A model generated the notes under the pieces. That model had not been told where the DNA came from. It ran no database searches and was given only the letters and a program-made list of their open reading frames with translations. Below are positions 32,690 to 48,378 of a DNA stretch of 64,000 nt, piece by piece. The translations under genes were made by a program, and so were the position numbers. This DNA is from Flaccisagitta enflata (taxonomy: Eukaryota): positions 47,740,001 through 47,804,000 of the forward strand of contig OZ231126.1 in assembly GCA_965153355.1 (NCBI GenBank), in the 5' to 3' direction. Every line of letters starts with the position of its first letter. Within the stretch, counting starts at the first letter, position 1.

Positions 32690-33410
32690 GTATCTAAATA
32701 ATTATGAGGCTGTAAAAATTCTAAGGTATCTAAATTTTGAAAAAACAGCTTTTTCGCGATGTGGTTACCCCCCTAAAAGTTGATCGATTTACACAAAATT
32801 TTTACTGGAGGTACTTCACGTTATGGACTACCTCCATGTGAAATGTCATCAAAATCAGAGCACTTTAAGTACCAAAAATTGCGTTCGAAAATCCCAAATT
32901 CTGGAAAAAAAAACCAAAAATCGTCTTTGAGCCTGAGACATTGCCATAATATGGCAGGCACCTATGAACCATGGGCCAAAATTCCTTTAGAAGACTCTTG
33001 GTGATGCCCAAAAAAAATTTGGCGGCCCTGAGAGCCTTTTTTGGGTGTCAAATAACAATTTAGCGAAGACCGTAAAACCAAAAATCGCAAAAATGGCCAA
33101 TTTTTGGCCTTTTTTCAACCTTTAACCCAAAAAAAAGGTTGAAATATGGCCCTGAAATTTCAAAAGCACATGTATTAGACCCTTCTGATGCTTTTTTGTA
33201 AAAAAAATTTAGTTTTTGAAGATTTTAAGGTACCTTAATTTTGAAAAAACAGCTATTTTGCGATTTTTTAAAAGAAAAAAAAATACCGTTGCCCCCCTAA
33301 AAGTTGACCGATTTGAACAAAATTTTTACTGGAGGTACTTCACATTATGGACTACCTCCATGTAAAATTTCATCAAAATCGGAGCACTTTCAGTACCAAA
33401 AATTGTGAAT
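32690..33410. repeat. Direct repeat pair of about 190 bp (32700-32885, 33215-33405), probably the interior of a DNA transposon
   Basis: Both copies contain ccccctaaaagttga..atttttactggaggtacttcac..atggactacctccatgt. Confidence 0.6.
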
Positions 33411-34342
33411 AGAAATGAGATTTTTCATATTTTTACGGATTTTTTTCTCGCTCACCTATCTTTGAGCGGTCATAACTTTTGAATGGTTTGACCAATTTGG
33501 TCGCGCAAAAAAAGGATGGACGCCCCTTGGAAAACTCAACATTTTGGTCACCGATTTTCATAAATCCATCAAAAAATGACTTGGCTATAATCGTTTGAAT
33601 GGAAAAGATCAGCTGACAAAGCTTTTTATGTGGACTAGGGCTAAATTTGATGATGTTTGCGCCCCTCTAAGGCCAGCCAATGGGTCAAATCTTTGTTAAA
33701 TAATCTTACCAAACATATAAATATACATTAGGACCAAAAACGAAACTTTTTGCCGATATTTAGATTTTCACTCCCCCTGGCTATCATAGGCGTCAATTTT
33801 CAAAGTGCGTTTTATCCAGATTTCTTTTTGTTATCGCTTAGTATGATGTTTCAAGGGTTGGAAAACAAGTTTTGTTTATCTTAGCAGCCCCTCAATTTTC
33901 TATGAGCCTGAATTTCGTTCAGAGATATACAAATCAGGAAAAGATTATCCTTGGCCAAGATTAAGCCTGTCAAAACCGCGCTAGTATCTTCAATCCATTG
34001 CGCTTGGTAGAAACTTAACAATTGGTACATGTAGGTGATAGTAAGAAGCCAAATTGCTTATTGATTATTACTGATTAGCACTGTATAATGCAAATTAGGT
34101 TGTGCGATCACGACAGACGTTTCACTTTGTTTCTTTCCAAATAGCCTTTGTTGTTTTAGAAACAAGCATTTTGTTTTCGCAAACGTAGTATCTACAACTT
34201 ACGTCGCTCTCGTCAACTTATGATTCTTCAATCTTCGGATTATTATTTATTTATCATTTGAACATAAACCTGTGCATTAATCGGTAAGTACATTAATTCC
34301 TATTCTGTTTTCAGACAGAGTTTTAATGTGGAGGCACAGGGA

Positions 34343-34952
34343 CACAGTGGGCCTTAACTAGGTATGAGTTTCCCCTGTGGTAGTAACTTGTATGATTAGG
34401 TACAATCTATAGTAGAGAATTGATGTAAACCCTTGAAAAAAAATTCCCCTTAAAAATTTTTGCAAAAATCGTTAAAAGTGTCAATTTTTGTATATATCTA
34501 CAAAAAGATCTCAAAGATATATCAGTTTCAAAATTCTGACTCAAGATTCACATTCCTGGTGAAATTTCCAATCATTTGATAGATCACACTATATACTTTC
34601 ATGAAAAAATAAGATTTTCATATTTTAAACCACGGCTGCTTTTTTTGTAACGGTGGCATAAAAAATTAAAATTTTATTATTTCATGAAAGTATATAGTGT
34701 GACCTATCAAATAATTGGAAATTTCACCAGGAATGTGAATCTTTAGTCAGAAATGTGAAACTGATATATCCTTAAGATATGTAGGTATATATATACGAAA
34801 ATTAATACTTTTTAACAATTTTTGCAAAAATTTTCAAGGGAAATTTTTTTTTAAGAATTAACATCAAATCTCCACTATGGATTGTACCTACTCATACAAG
34901 TCATTACCATTGGGGATTTTTTTCAACTCATACCCAGTTAAGGCCCACTGTG
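34343..34952. mobile_element. 610-bp palindromic Transib/RAG-like MITE
   Basis: Both ends read CACAGTGGGCCTTAACT(A/G)GGTATGAGTT inward and the arms pair almost to the centre; 5-bp flanks AGGGA / CGGGA. Confidence 0.85.
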
Positions 34953-37779
34953 CGGGACAAGGTAGGCCTCAGAAGAAATGCGCCGACGAGAAGCAGGAGC
35001 GCGAGCGAGAATTGCAACGCCAGCGGAATGCCAGATATCAGGAGCGAGGTGATACAATGGAGGGAAGGAGCGACAAGCAACTGAGTAAAGGTGGCCGGCC
35101 AAGGAAAGAGGATGGGACGGAGGAGGAGATGGAAGAGTTGAGGAAACGACGAGAAAGGTACGAGAAAGGAACAGGTCGCCCAAGGGCAATATGTGGTCAG
35201 CGATACCCGTTGCCCTGCTTTGAGTGATTGTGAATTGGAGAAAGGGGAAGCAGGGCAGCGGCCCCGAAGGGGACGAAGTCCTGTAGAACACAGGGGGACT
35301 TTTGTTCGGCCTACCTGAAAAAATGGATGAGATGCTGCTATAGAGGGCTGATTGAAGGCATTCGAGAGCCTAAACTGAGGTCTAAATAGTCGCAAAAAAG
35401 TTAGATGGTCAGCGGTACCCGTTGCCCCTATGTGAGTGTATGAGGATGTGAGGTGGTGAGAGGGGCAGCGGCCCCGAAGGAGCCGATGACCTATGCTGTT
35501 TTTATTTAAGCCTGGAGGCTGGAATTGGGGCCTTGAAGCTGGGATTTGAGCCTAGAGGTTGGATTTAGAACCTCAAAGGTGGGAATGGAGCCTCAAGGCA
35601 AGATTTGGAACTTCAAAGCTGGAATTGGAGCTTCGAGGCTGGAATTTAAGCCATAAGGCCATGATTGGAGCCTCGAGGCTGGGATTTGAGTTATGAGGTC
35701 AGGATTGGAGCCTTGATGCTGGGAATGGAACGATGACATTGAGATTGGAGCTTTGACGCTGGGATTTGAGCTGTAGGTTGAAAAGGCTTCAAGGTTGGGG
35801 GGGGGACGGAGAAGGAGGAGGAGGAGAAGGAGGAATAGTCGCAAAAGCGTTAGATGGTCAGCGGTACCCGTTGCCCCTAAGTGAGTGTATGAGGGTGTGA
35901 GGTGGTGAGAGGGGCAGCGGCCCCGAAGGAGCCGATGACTTATGCTGTTTTTATTTGAGCCTGGAGGCTGGAATTGGGGCCTTGAAGCAGGGATTTGAGC
36001 TTAGAGGCGGGGATTTGAGCCTCGTGGCTGAGATTTGAGCCTCGGGACTGGGATTTGAGCCTAAAGGTTGGGATTTGAGCCTCAAGGCTGGGATTTGGGC
36101 CTAGAGGCTGGGATTTGGGCCTTGGGGCTGGGATTTGGGCCTTGGGGCTGGGATTTGGGCCTTGGGGCTGGGATTTGGGCCTTGGGGCTGGGATTTGGGC
36201 CTTGAGGCTGGGATTTGGGCCCCAAGGCTGGGATTTGGGCAACGAGGCTGAGATTTGGGCAACGAGGCTGAGATTTGGGCCTCAAGGCTAGGATTTGGGC
36301 CTTGAGGCTGGGATTTGAGCCTTGAGGCTTGGATTTGGGTTTCGAGGCTAGGATTTAGGCCTCAAGGCTGGGATTTGGGTCTCGAGGCTGAAAGGGGGGG
36401 GTTACGGAGAAGGAGGAGGAGGAGAAATTTCTCCTGTGTGAAAGCATAGGTCATCGGCCCCTTCGGAGCCGCTGCCCAAAAGGAGAAAGTTTCCCATATG
36501 TGTGAAAGCATAGGTCATCGGCCCCTTCGGAGCCGCTGCCCAAAAGGCTGATATAAGGCCTGAGAATGCCGATTGGAAGCTTGAGAGGGCTGACTTGAGG
36601 CTTGAGAGAGCTGGATTAAGGCTTGAAAGGCCAGAGGACTGTTTTGAGAGCAATAATCGCAAAAGCGTTAGATGGTCAGCGGTACCCGTGCCCTGCCTAA
36701 GTTGGTTGTAGTTGAAGTTAAGGGGGGAGCAGGGCAGCGGCCCCGAAGGAATCAATGACCTATGCTTTCACACATATGGGGGATTTTCTCCTCCTCCTCC
36801 TCCTCCGTCCCTCCCCCTCAAATCCCAGTCTCAAGGCCCAAATTCCAGTCTCAAGGCCCAAATCTCAGTCTTGAGGCCCAAATCCCAGCCTCAAGGCCCA
36901 AACCCTAGCCTCAAGGCCTAAATCCTAGCCTGGAAGCTGATATTTGGGCCTCAAGGCTGGGATCTGAGCCTCTTGGCTGAGATTTTGACCTTGAGGCTGA
37001 CATTTGGTCTTCACAGCTGAAATCTGAGCCTCCAAGCTAGGATTTAGGCCTTGAGGCTAGGATTTGGGCCTTGAAGCTGGGATTTGGGCCTCAAGACAGG
37101 GATTTGGGCCTCAAGACAGGGATTTGGGCCTCGAGACTGGAATTTGGGCCTTGGGACTGGGATTTGAAGGGGGGATGTAGGAAAAGGAGGAGATAATCCC
37201 CCATATGTGTGAGAGAATAGGTCATTGACCCTTGGGGCCGCTGCCCGATAAACCGAGGTCTAGATGGCTGATTTGAGGCCTGAGCTGAGAGGCCTAATTT
37301 GAGGCATGAGAGACCAAGTATAAGGCCTGAGAATTTTTAGGCCTGAGAGGCCAGATTTGAGGCCTGTGAGGCCAGATTTAAGGCCTGAGAGCCCAGAGAG
37401 GCCAGATTTGAGGCCTGAGAGGCTGGATTTGAGGCCTGAGGGGTCTGATAAGGGGGGGACTAACGAACAAACGGACGAATGGAAGTCCCCCTGTGTTCTA
37501 CAGGACTTCGTCCCCTTCAGGGCCGCTGCCCAAAAACGGAGAAAAAGGCGAGTGGTCAACCAAAGAAAGCCGAAAAAATGGCGGAGAGAGAAAAAGAGAG
37601 AGAGGGAAAAACGAGTTATCCCGTTATATTCATTGTTGGCTGGTAGATTGGTAGACTGGTCTGACTGCTTAGTATGTACCAACCCCATAAAATATTGTGA
37701 ATATGTTGTGTTCTTACATGTAGAGAGACCATACCACGTTTTAACAAAATCGATAATCAACGGAAAAATCTGAACAGTA

Positions 37780-39062
37780 TCTGGGTCCGCGACGGAAGGG
37801 GGTTAAAGAATACCCATTCCGTAAGATCGCTATGACCAAAAGATCGCTAACCCTGTAAGTTAGCCAAAACTATAAGTCTTTACATTTAGAGCCGCCATAC
37901 AAAGTTTCATGCAAATCCGTTGAAAAATGACAAAGTTATGCACGTTTTTCACTTTTAGGCTAGTAGGGTAGTTAGGTAGTAGGCTGGTTTAGATGAATAG
38001 TGTGCATATGTTGAGTTCTTCCATTTAGAGACTCCATACCAAGTTTCAACCAATTTGGTTGAAAAATGTCCAATTTATGTAAGTTTTTACTTTTAGGCCG
38101 GTAAGCTGGTTGGGTGGTAGGTTGGTTTGGCCGGTTAGCATGCTCAAACATAAATAAATCACATACATGTGTTGAGTCCTTCCATTTAGAGACTCCATAT
38201 TAAATTTCAACCAAATTGGTTGAAAAACGCCAAAGATATGCACATTCATCACTTTTTGGTTGGTAGGCTGGTTGGGTGGTAGGCTGGTTTGACAGGACAA
38301 ATAGTGCGCATATGTTGAGTTCTTCCATTTAGAGACCCCATACCAAGTTTCAACCAAATCAGTTGAAAAATGACAAAGTTACGCAAGTTTTTCACTTTAA
38401 GGCCGGTTGGCTGGTTGGGTGGTAGGTCGGTTTGGCCGGTTAGCATGCTCAAATGCATATAAATCATATACATATGTTGAGGCCTTCCATTTAGAGACTC
38501 CATACCGAATTTCAGCCAAATCGGTTGAAAAATGCCAAAGTTGTGCACGTTTTTCACTTTTAGGCCGGTAGGCTGGTTGGGCCGGTTGGGTTGGTCAGAT
38601 CACAAAAATCGGATAGGATGTAAAGCGCCTTACCCTAGCACAACTTCCCACCAAATATGAACCAAATCGGTCAAAGCATAAAAAAGTTATCCATTTTTTA
38701 AAATCCGTTACGACAACGACGACAACGACGACGACGACGACACCCACCCGCCTTGAATTATAGTCCGCGTCGGAATGATATTCCGTCGCGGACAAAAAGT
38801 TATGCGGGTTTATCACTTTGTTGGTAGGTCAGTTGGTTGGTAGGCTGGTTTGGCTGGTTGCCATGCTCAAATGATTTAAAATTGTACACATACGTTGCGT
38901 CTTTCCATCTAGAGACTGTAACAAATTTCAAGCAAATCCGTCAAAAAAACGCCTAAGTTATGCACATTTTAACTTTTTGGCCGTTGGGCCGTTAAGGCCG
39001 GCCAGACCGGCCTGATTCCATAACTTGGATAGGACCCGAGTAGTTCACGCGTTAGCTATTGC
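37780..39062. mobile_element. HINE-like element with diverged internal tandem repeats (about 140-170 bp) and a nested related copy at about 38597-38798
   Basis: Repeated ccatttagagactccataccaagtttcaaccaaatcggttgaaaaatg units; terminal hairpin gtccgcgtcggaatgatattccgtcgcggac, also seen at about 25287-25317. Confidence 0.55.
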
Positions 39063-39405
39063 TCTCATGAACCTCCATTTCAAATTTCATCCAAATCGGA
39101 TAAAAACTTAAGATCTTATAAGAAATTATTGAACACTTGTCAAGATCGTAGAAAATGCGCTCGAGCGTCGAAACGTCGAAACCGTTTTAATTCCAATGCC
39201 TTCTCGGTTCATCACAGATTCGCGATGAGGAATGAACAAACTGCCTTGGGAATAGACCTGGAAGATATCAACCTTGTCACTTTCAAGATAAACAGTATTT
39301 AAAACGGTATTTTCAGTCAAATGACAATTTTAAGCATGTGACGGAACAGTGGGACAATGTCAGGACTATTAAAGAGCGTCGAAACGTCGAAACCGTTTTA
39401 ATTAT

Positions 39406-40015
39406 GACTCAGTGTACGGGAAGAAGAAATTTCTTGCATCATTACAATTTTTAAGATGTTTTTTATATTACTTTTCTGTAATTCATTTTTTCTAAAAAAC
39501 ATTTTTTAAGTGTTGAACAAGAAATTTTTGCATAGATTATCTCTGAAATACAGACTTGATGTACTTATTGTATTGAAAAAAGGCAGAAAAAAGAGGATTT
39601 TTTGCAGAAAATTAAACTTTGTCATTTGACACCTGTCAGGTGAAATTATATCATTGCATAAAAATTGAGAAATTTGCATTTCCAAAAACATGGCCTCTTT
39701 TTAAAAACATATAAGAAGAGGGCCATGTTCTTAGAAATGCAAAATTTTCTTTTTTCAGACCGGGATATAATTTCACCCAACAAGGTTTTGAAATTTTGTT
39801 CACCATTTTTCTTAGGAATAGAAACATTCAATTTCAATTTCCAATTGTTATGAGGCCATTGTCAGTATTCTGGGTTGCAAAACATTGTTAAAACTTCTTA
39901 TACATGAGTTCAAAAATACTCAACGGTAATTCTAATAATATTTTTTGATCATTAACCTATATCGCAAGCAAAAAGTAAGATGAAACCAAAATTTCCTGTT
40001 CCTGTACACCATGTC
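39406..40015 (+). mobile_element. 610-bp MITE with GAC...GTC termini, copy 1
   Basis: GACTCAGTGTACGGGAA...TTCCTGTACACCATGTC; flanks TTAT / TTAC; near-identical to 46870-47480. Confidence 0.85.
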
Positions 40016-41762
40016 TTACCAGAGAGAATTGACGCTTCTAAAGCGAAAGATCCATGCTATCGGAGATCGTGAAAATTTTCACAGACGCAGTCAAAGGTCA
40101 ATACTGCCGGATTAGCAGAAAAAAAGCAGGCATTTTTGAAAACATTTATTTGATATATCAATAATCTTAATTAGTACTATTTTCCACGCATTTAAGGCAA
40201 ATTTTCGAGGTATCTCAATCTACTTGAAGATGCGTCATTTTTGACAACTTTTTCAATTTTTGGCACTTTTTTTTGCATTGTACTCGACATAAATGGTATC
40301 TCTGGCCAACCCATAGTTGTGATGCTCATGATGCCGGCTTTTAATATTCTGTTGTACCAAAATTAGTAAAAGTTACATTTTTGTTACAAGAAAAAAGCCT
40401 TGATTTACCATCTTTTAAGTATAAAAATAGCGCGAATGTGCACATTATTTCGAGATATTCTGATAAATTCTTGATAGTACTACCCAATTATATCCATCTT
40501 AGTCAGTGGAGCCACCAGCGAGCTTCTAGGTAACAAATCATTAGCTAGAAAATGGTAGGAAACACACCGTCACCTTAAATTCGGAAATGACCAGATATTC
40601 TTTGGAGGGGGAATTTTGTAAGAAGCGTGTTTGTTAGAAGGATTTTCTTCTGTATCTAGAACATATATACGTCAACAAGCATTTTGGGTCATATCTAAGC
40701 TAAAAACAAGAACCATTTCCATCCTGAAACTACAACGAATTTCTGATAAAGTGCAACCAACCGCATTATAGCAACTCAATTCGTTTAGAAATGACGGGCA
40801 AAACAAGATTGCGTCATCCTTTCTCAAAATATCTCTTCAAAAGCATATGAAGGTAATTTGGGCAGTTATGGTTGTTCACAATATACATACAAAGAATCTT
40901 ATGGATCAAATTGATGGCAAAGGTCACTGGGGCATTTGTACAGGAGCTGTGAGCTCAAAATGCCCAAAAAAGCCAAAAAACAAATAGTCGCAAAAACGTC
41001 AGATGGTCAGCGGTACCAGTTGCCCCTAAGTTAGTGAATGTTAGATGTGAAAGTGAGAGGGGCAGCGGCCCCGAAAGAGCCGGTGACCTATGCTTAGCTA
41101 GAATCTAAGTATTCAGTATTGATGCAGATCATGCGGCAGACCTGAGTTCGGTGGGCAGAGCAGATAAAAACAGGACATACCAATTTCTCGGCGAACAAAA
41201 GACGACGAACTGCGGATTTTCGTTGGTCACGGAATTGATTATTTTTTTTTTGGCCATGAAATGATCTTCCTCAACGGGAATTTATTACGTTTTCGCTGAT
41301 GGTGGGTTACAATGGCCAACTACGTCATAAACATTCCACGTAAGAAGGCCGTCATCAAGCAACAGTAGCTTGGGAGAAAATTTGAGTCTAGTCAAATAGT
41401 CAGGAATCGGTCTGTACTCATCTATCATTAATACAGGAAACGATAGTCGAACATCGTTGGAATCCGAATCAACTTGCTCAGTGTAAAGCGAGCATCATAA
41501 GGATGACGTAGACGAGAACTTCCCTGAATTGCTCAGTCATTATGCTCTCCAGCGTAAACTCGCCGCGGAGTTTTCATCATCAGCGGTAAGGTAGCTCTGA
41601 CAGCGTTGACCAGACCGTAGACAGAAAATAAACTGATATACTGAAAAAAAAGTTTTATCAGATCAAGAGAGAGAGAGCGCGAGAGCGCGAGAGCGAGAGA
41701 GCGAGAGAGCGAGAGAGCGAGAGAGCGAGAGAGCGAGAGAGAGAGAGAGAGACAGACAGAGA

Positions 41763-41870
<108 letters not shown>

Positions 41871-41877
41871 CGGAGAA

Positions 41878-41928
<51 letters not shown>

Positions 41929-41953
41929 AAAAGAGAGAGACAGAGACAAAGAT

Positions 41954-42037
<84 letters not shown>

Positions 42038-42835
42038 CGACAAAGACAGACAAAAAATATAGACAATTAGGAAAAAAGACAGAAAGAAGGAATAATAAGA
42101 AGGAAGAAAGGTAGTTAGTAGAGAGCGATCTAGTCATAATACCATGTCATGTAAATGCAGTTTTTGTGAACACACATCTTGTTATCATTTATCAGTGGAA
42201 TTGTAACAACGGCTCAATAGATGAACTCCGAAATACTACTTCCTCGAAGCGCGAACGGGTGATACAAAAATTACATCTTCATCAACATCACCGTCAATGC
42301 CGCCAACACCGACGACACTGCCAGCGACGCCGCCACGGCCTATCACCACCATCGCCTCCACCAGATGATTATGTGATACGTATGTTGAAAGAGCTATCTG
42401 TGCAGGTGGCGCGCATGGCGCTTTGGCGAACCGATAGGAGGGGAAACAAGTGACGCGGGGTCACAATATCGTTACAGACAGGTGGGCAGGACATCCAACC
42501 CCCATCCACACCTCAACCCGCACCTACTAACCCCCCCCCCCCACACACACACACACAAATTTACACAAAAAGTATCTAAAAAACTCGTTTTTCCACGGAC
42601 GGATGGACAGATGGACAAAGCCTACTATAGAGGTGGGTGTCCGCAACTTAAAAACGAACGCAATGTTATATGAATTTTTTTCAGGTGCACGCAACTGTAT
42701 AATCCGCTCAATTGGTTGGATGGTCGGTCAATTGATCCAAAATACTTGGCCGTTTACGTGCGAATTTTGCGTTACAGCTCCTGCCCAAATGCTTGGTTAG
42801 CTTCCATGACTGAAAAGCGAGCGAGCGAGCGAGTG

Positions 42836-42923
<88 letters not shown>

Positions 42924-43366
42924 AGAGAGATTGTCAATTCTATTTCAAACAGAAGGGTGCATCGAGTGAAAGAAACTATATAGGAGACTTCTTCTCTGGA
43001 AACTTTGATTGGATGAAACATTTCGCTGTACAAAATACCTCCTCAACACGATCCAAAACGACATGACAGGTCCTAATATTTCTCTATCCAGCGTTCCGCA
43101 CAGGTCATAGCCAAGTACGGCTCCAACATTCCAATGGCCGTTAAACTGTTCAAAAAAATCGTTTTTCCTACTATCAAGTAGTTAAGCGAATATCCGTTCA
43201 TTTAGTGCTGAAAGGGTTAGGAAAAAAAATCATCAATTGTTGGTTTCCAGCCTTAGTTTCATTACGATGTTATTTGTGAGCTTTGGTTTGGATAGAGGGG
43301 GGGGGGGTGAAGTAAGGAAGAGAGACAGGGGGAAGAAAGAAAAAGACAGAGGATAGGGAGATTTTG

Positions 43367-43457
<91 letters not shown>

Positions 43458-46452
43458 ATTTTAGAAATATTTCGGACTGACCGACTGACACGGCAAGGTG
43501 TAGAGTCGCGTGTCCGCAACTAAAAATTGGGACTGGTGCCAAAACATAGTTTTTGTTCCCTCGAAAAAAACAAGTAACAAAAATTTACTTGAGGGCTCTG
43601 TAGGGGCCCCTTTTTAGTCGAGGACACGCGACTTTACACCTTGCTGTGTCGGTCGGTAGGTCAGTCAGTCAGTTGGTCCGTTCATAACATTTTTTAATTC
43701 CGTGCGGTTTTTGCGTTACTGCTCCCACCAAACCGTCCGCGACTGGATTGCCATGTATCCAACCTTGTTTTAAACAAAGTGCTTGTCTCGAATTACCACA
43801 CGGCGGGAGATTCAGGACTTAAAGGCGTTTTTTTCTTAAATGGCCCAGGGGGCCAAACCAAGTGAACAATAACGATGAACTGTGTCCCAAATTTCCCGAT
43901 TTTGTAAAAAGCTTAGTTTAGATAAATCATAACTTATTTTAATCACTTTTAGGTGCGACAAAGCACCTCTATAACTGGCTGTGTCCGTTGGAATGTTGGT
44001 TGGTCGGGTATCGCATTCGTTCGACGATCCACATGTCGCGCCTTATTGGTCTACTTGGCCTTGTTTTCCTTTAAATACAGATAAATGAGTATTTTCAACA
44101 ATGAAAGTCAAAAAATAGCAAAGAAAGCGGTCCCATTCAGAATTTCAATCCTGAGAATCCTAGAATCAAAGTGGTGGTGGTGCTGCTGCTGCCGCAGCAG
44201 CGTCCCAAATGCTACAGCGCTACTGCCCCTTACCAAGGGTCATAGTTTGACCCCATAACCTTTGTTTACTTCCATAAAGTTTAATCTTTATGAAGTCCTT
44301 ATTCCAATTGTGTCCCGAATAGCCTCCCCCCCCTAAAAAAACTGTGAACATTGCATTCCGATCTGCGCGTTGCTTTCATTCTTGATCATCTTCTTGTTTA
44401 CTGAATAAAAGAATAATCTTCCAATCAAAAATCATTGTGCCATAAAAAAAGAATTTATTTTAGCCTCTGGTTCCGTGGTGTGGTATGGGGCTGCGGAGCT
44501 ACTCGTGACGGAGGGTTGGGGCTTTTTCATGTAAAAAGAGGCTATCGACAGACGAGTGACAGGAAATCAACTTGTAGCAGCTGCTAGTAAGTCAGAGATC
44601 AGTTCACTTCAAAGACAAATAGCTAGATAGAAAATCCCGGACTTGAAATATTATTGTCGGTTTCGTCCGGAGAACTGTAAAGACCGAATCCCGATGATAC
44701 CAAATACGGTACAGTCACTTTTGCAGGTAGGATTGTTTACCAATCCTTCCACACACAAAATTAGGGACCGAAGCCAACTTCGGGACATGTTTAGCCGCGA
44801 GGAAGGGATTGGAGCCATGATGCTGGGGTTAGAGCCTTAAAGCTGGGGTTGGAGCCTTGGAGCTGGGGTTGCAGCCTCGAGGCTGGGATTGGAGCCTCGA
44901 GGCTGGGATTGGACCCTCGAGGCTAGGATTGGACCCTCGAGGCTGGGAGATCCTTGAGGCTGGGATTGGAGCCTTGAGGCTGGGATTGGAGCCTTGAGGC
45001 TGGGATTGGAGCCTGGAGGCAGGGATTGGAGCCTGGAGGCAGGGATTTGAGCCCAGGCTTGGATTGGGCAGGGATTAGCCTTGGAGGCTGGGATTGAGCC
45101 TCGAGGCAGGGATTGAGCCTGAGGCTGAGAGAATTAGGGACCGGCCAACTTCGTGTTTACGCGAGGAAGGGATTGGAGCCATGATGCTGGGGTTAGAGCC
45201 AGCTGGGGTTGGAGCCTTGGAGCTGGGTTGAGCCTCGAGGCTGGGATTGGAGCCCGAGGCTGGGATTGAACCCGAGGCTGGATTGACCTCGAGGCTGAGA
45301 TCCTTGAGGCTGGGATTGAGCCTTGAGGCTGGGATTGAGCCTTGAGGCTGGGATTGAGCCCGGAGGCAGGGATTGGAGCCTGGAGGCAGGGATTTGAGCC
45401 TGGAGGCAGGGATTGGAGCCTGAGGCAGGATTGGAGCCGAGGCTGGGATTGAGCCCGAGGCAGGGATTGAGCCTGGAGGCTGGGATTGGAGCCTGGAGGT
45501 TGGATTAGCCTGGAGGCTGGGATTGAGCCTCGAGGCTGGGATTGAGCCTGAGGCTGGGATTGAGCCGAGGCTGGGATTGGAGCCTGGAGGCTGGGATTGG
45601 AGCCTGGAGGCTGGGATTGGAGCCTGGAGGCTGGGATTGGAGCCTGGAGGCTGGGATTAGAGCCTCGAGGCTGGGATTAGAGCCTCGAGGCTGGGATTAG
45701 AGCCTCGAGGCTGGGATTAGAGCCTCGAGGCTGAGATTGGGGCCTTGAAGCTGAGAATAGAGCCTCAAGGCTGAGATTGAAGCCTGGAGGCTGAGATTGG
45801 AACCTTGATGTTGGGATTTGAGCCCTGACACTGGAATTTGAGCCTTGAGGCTTGTGTATGAAGCCTAAGGCTGGGATTTGAGCTGGGATTTGAGCTGGAA
45901 GTTGAAATTTAGGCTTCAAATTCAGGGGGGGACAGAGAAGGAGGAGAAGGAGAAAGTTTCCCATATGTGTGAAAGCATTTGGGGTCGCTGCCCAAAAGGG
46001 GACTGACCAACCAATTAACCAACCAACTGACCAACCAACCAACGGACAGATGGTCAAAGCAGGGTGAAGAGTCGCGTAGTACGCGACTATTACACTCTTT
46101 CTCAATAAAAGCCAAAAGAAAACTGCATGCAGGTATGCTTGCAAAAAAGTTGTGTTCTAGTAGCAATGTCACTGCATTGCATCAGTCCGTGGTATTTGGT
46201 GGAAAAAGTGATGTCATGTGTCCATTCTATGTACTCCACAATTACGAAATTAAGATTTTACCTGGGATGATAGAGCCAAGCTATTGGTGACAGAGGGTCA
46301 ATGAGCTAGTTGTTGGCTCCATCAGGAATACTAATCAATTAACCAATATGCAAGCAGAAGGGGGATTCATGTAAGACAAAATTCCACCTCCCATGAATTT
46401 TTTTTTTTTTTTTTTTTTTGCTATTTTGCATCAGTACAGAGAAGAGAAAGAG

Positions 46453-46576
<124 letters not shown>

Positions 46577-46869
46577 TCAGACAAACAGACAAATAGGTAA
46601 ACAAGGCCGGATACACGGCCATCAGTTGCGGACGGGTGTGTAGGGGCGGAAATACCCGTTTTCCCACTTATCAACTTGAGCGTGACGGACGGACCGACCA
46701 ACGGACGGACAAACGGACAAAGCCTCTTATAGAGTTGCGTGTCCGCAAATAAGAATGAATGAAATGATAAAGAAAAATTGTCATAACTTTGATTCTTAGT
46801 AATGAGAAAAAGATAGAAAGATAGACAATCTCATTTATGAGAATATAATTCTCATTACTAAGAGTCTGA

Positions 46870-47480
46870 GACTCAGTGTACGGGAAGAAGAAATTTCTTG
46901 CATCATTACAATTTTTAAGATGTTTTTTATATTACTTTTCTGTAATTCATTTTTTCTAAAAAACATTTTTTAAGTGTTGAACAAGGAATTTTTGCATAGA
47001 TTATCTCTGAAATACAGACTTGATGTACTTATTGTATTGAAAAAAGGCAGAAAAAAAGAGGATTTTTTGCAGAAAATTAAACTTTGTCATTTGACACCTG
47101 TCAGGTGAAATTATATCATTGCATAAAAATTGAGAAATTTGCATTTCCAAAAACATGGCCTCTTTTTAAAAACATATAAGAAGAGGGCCATGTTCTTAGA
47201 AATGCAAAATTTTCTTTTTTCAGACCGGGATATAATTTCACCCAACAAGGTTTTGAAATTTTGTTCACCATTTTTCTTAGGAATAGAAACATTCAATTTC
47301 AATTTCCAATTGTTATGAGGCCATTGTCAGTATTCTGGGTTGCAAAACATTGTTAAAACTTCTTATACATGAGTTCAAAAATACTCAACGGTAATTCTAA
47401 TAATATTTTTTGATCATTAACCTATATCGCAAGCAAAAAGTAAGATGAAACCAAAATTTCCTGTTCCTGTACACCATGTC
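46870..47480 (+). mobile_element. Same MITE family, copy 2
   Basis: Perfect 4-bp TSD CTGA; differs from copy 1 by only a few bases. Confidence 0.88.
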
Positions 47481-47539
47481 CTGAATGAAGAGAATTTCAA
47501 AATTCTCGCCACTTAGATTCTAAGTAACACGACTTACCC

Positions 47540-48378
<839 letters not shown>

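Noticed and set aside
36482-36542. Hammerhead ribozyme-like motif (CCGATGA-stem-GAAA on the minus strand) in the GGGCAGCGG family
   Set aside because: The core is CCGAUGA rather than CUGAUGA, there is no NUH cleavage triplet or stem III, and GAAA is not conserved in other copies.
44469-44530. tRNA-Gln-like start GGTTCCGTGGTGT
   Set aside because: No B-box and no cloverleaf downstream.
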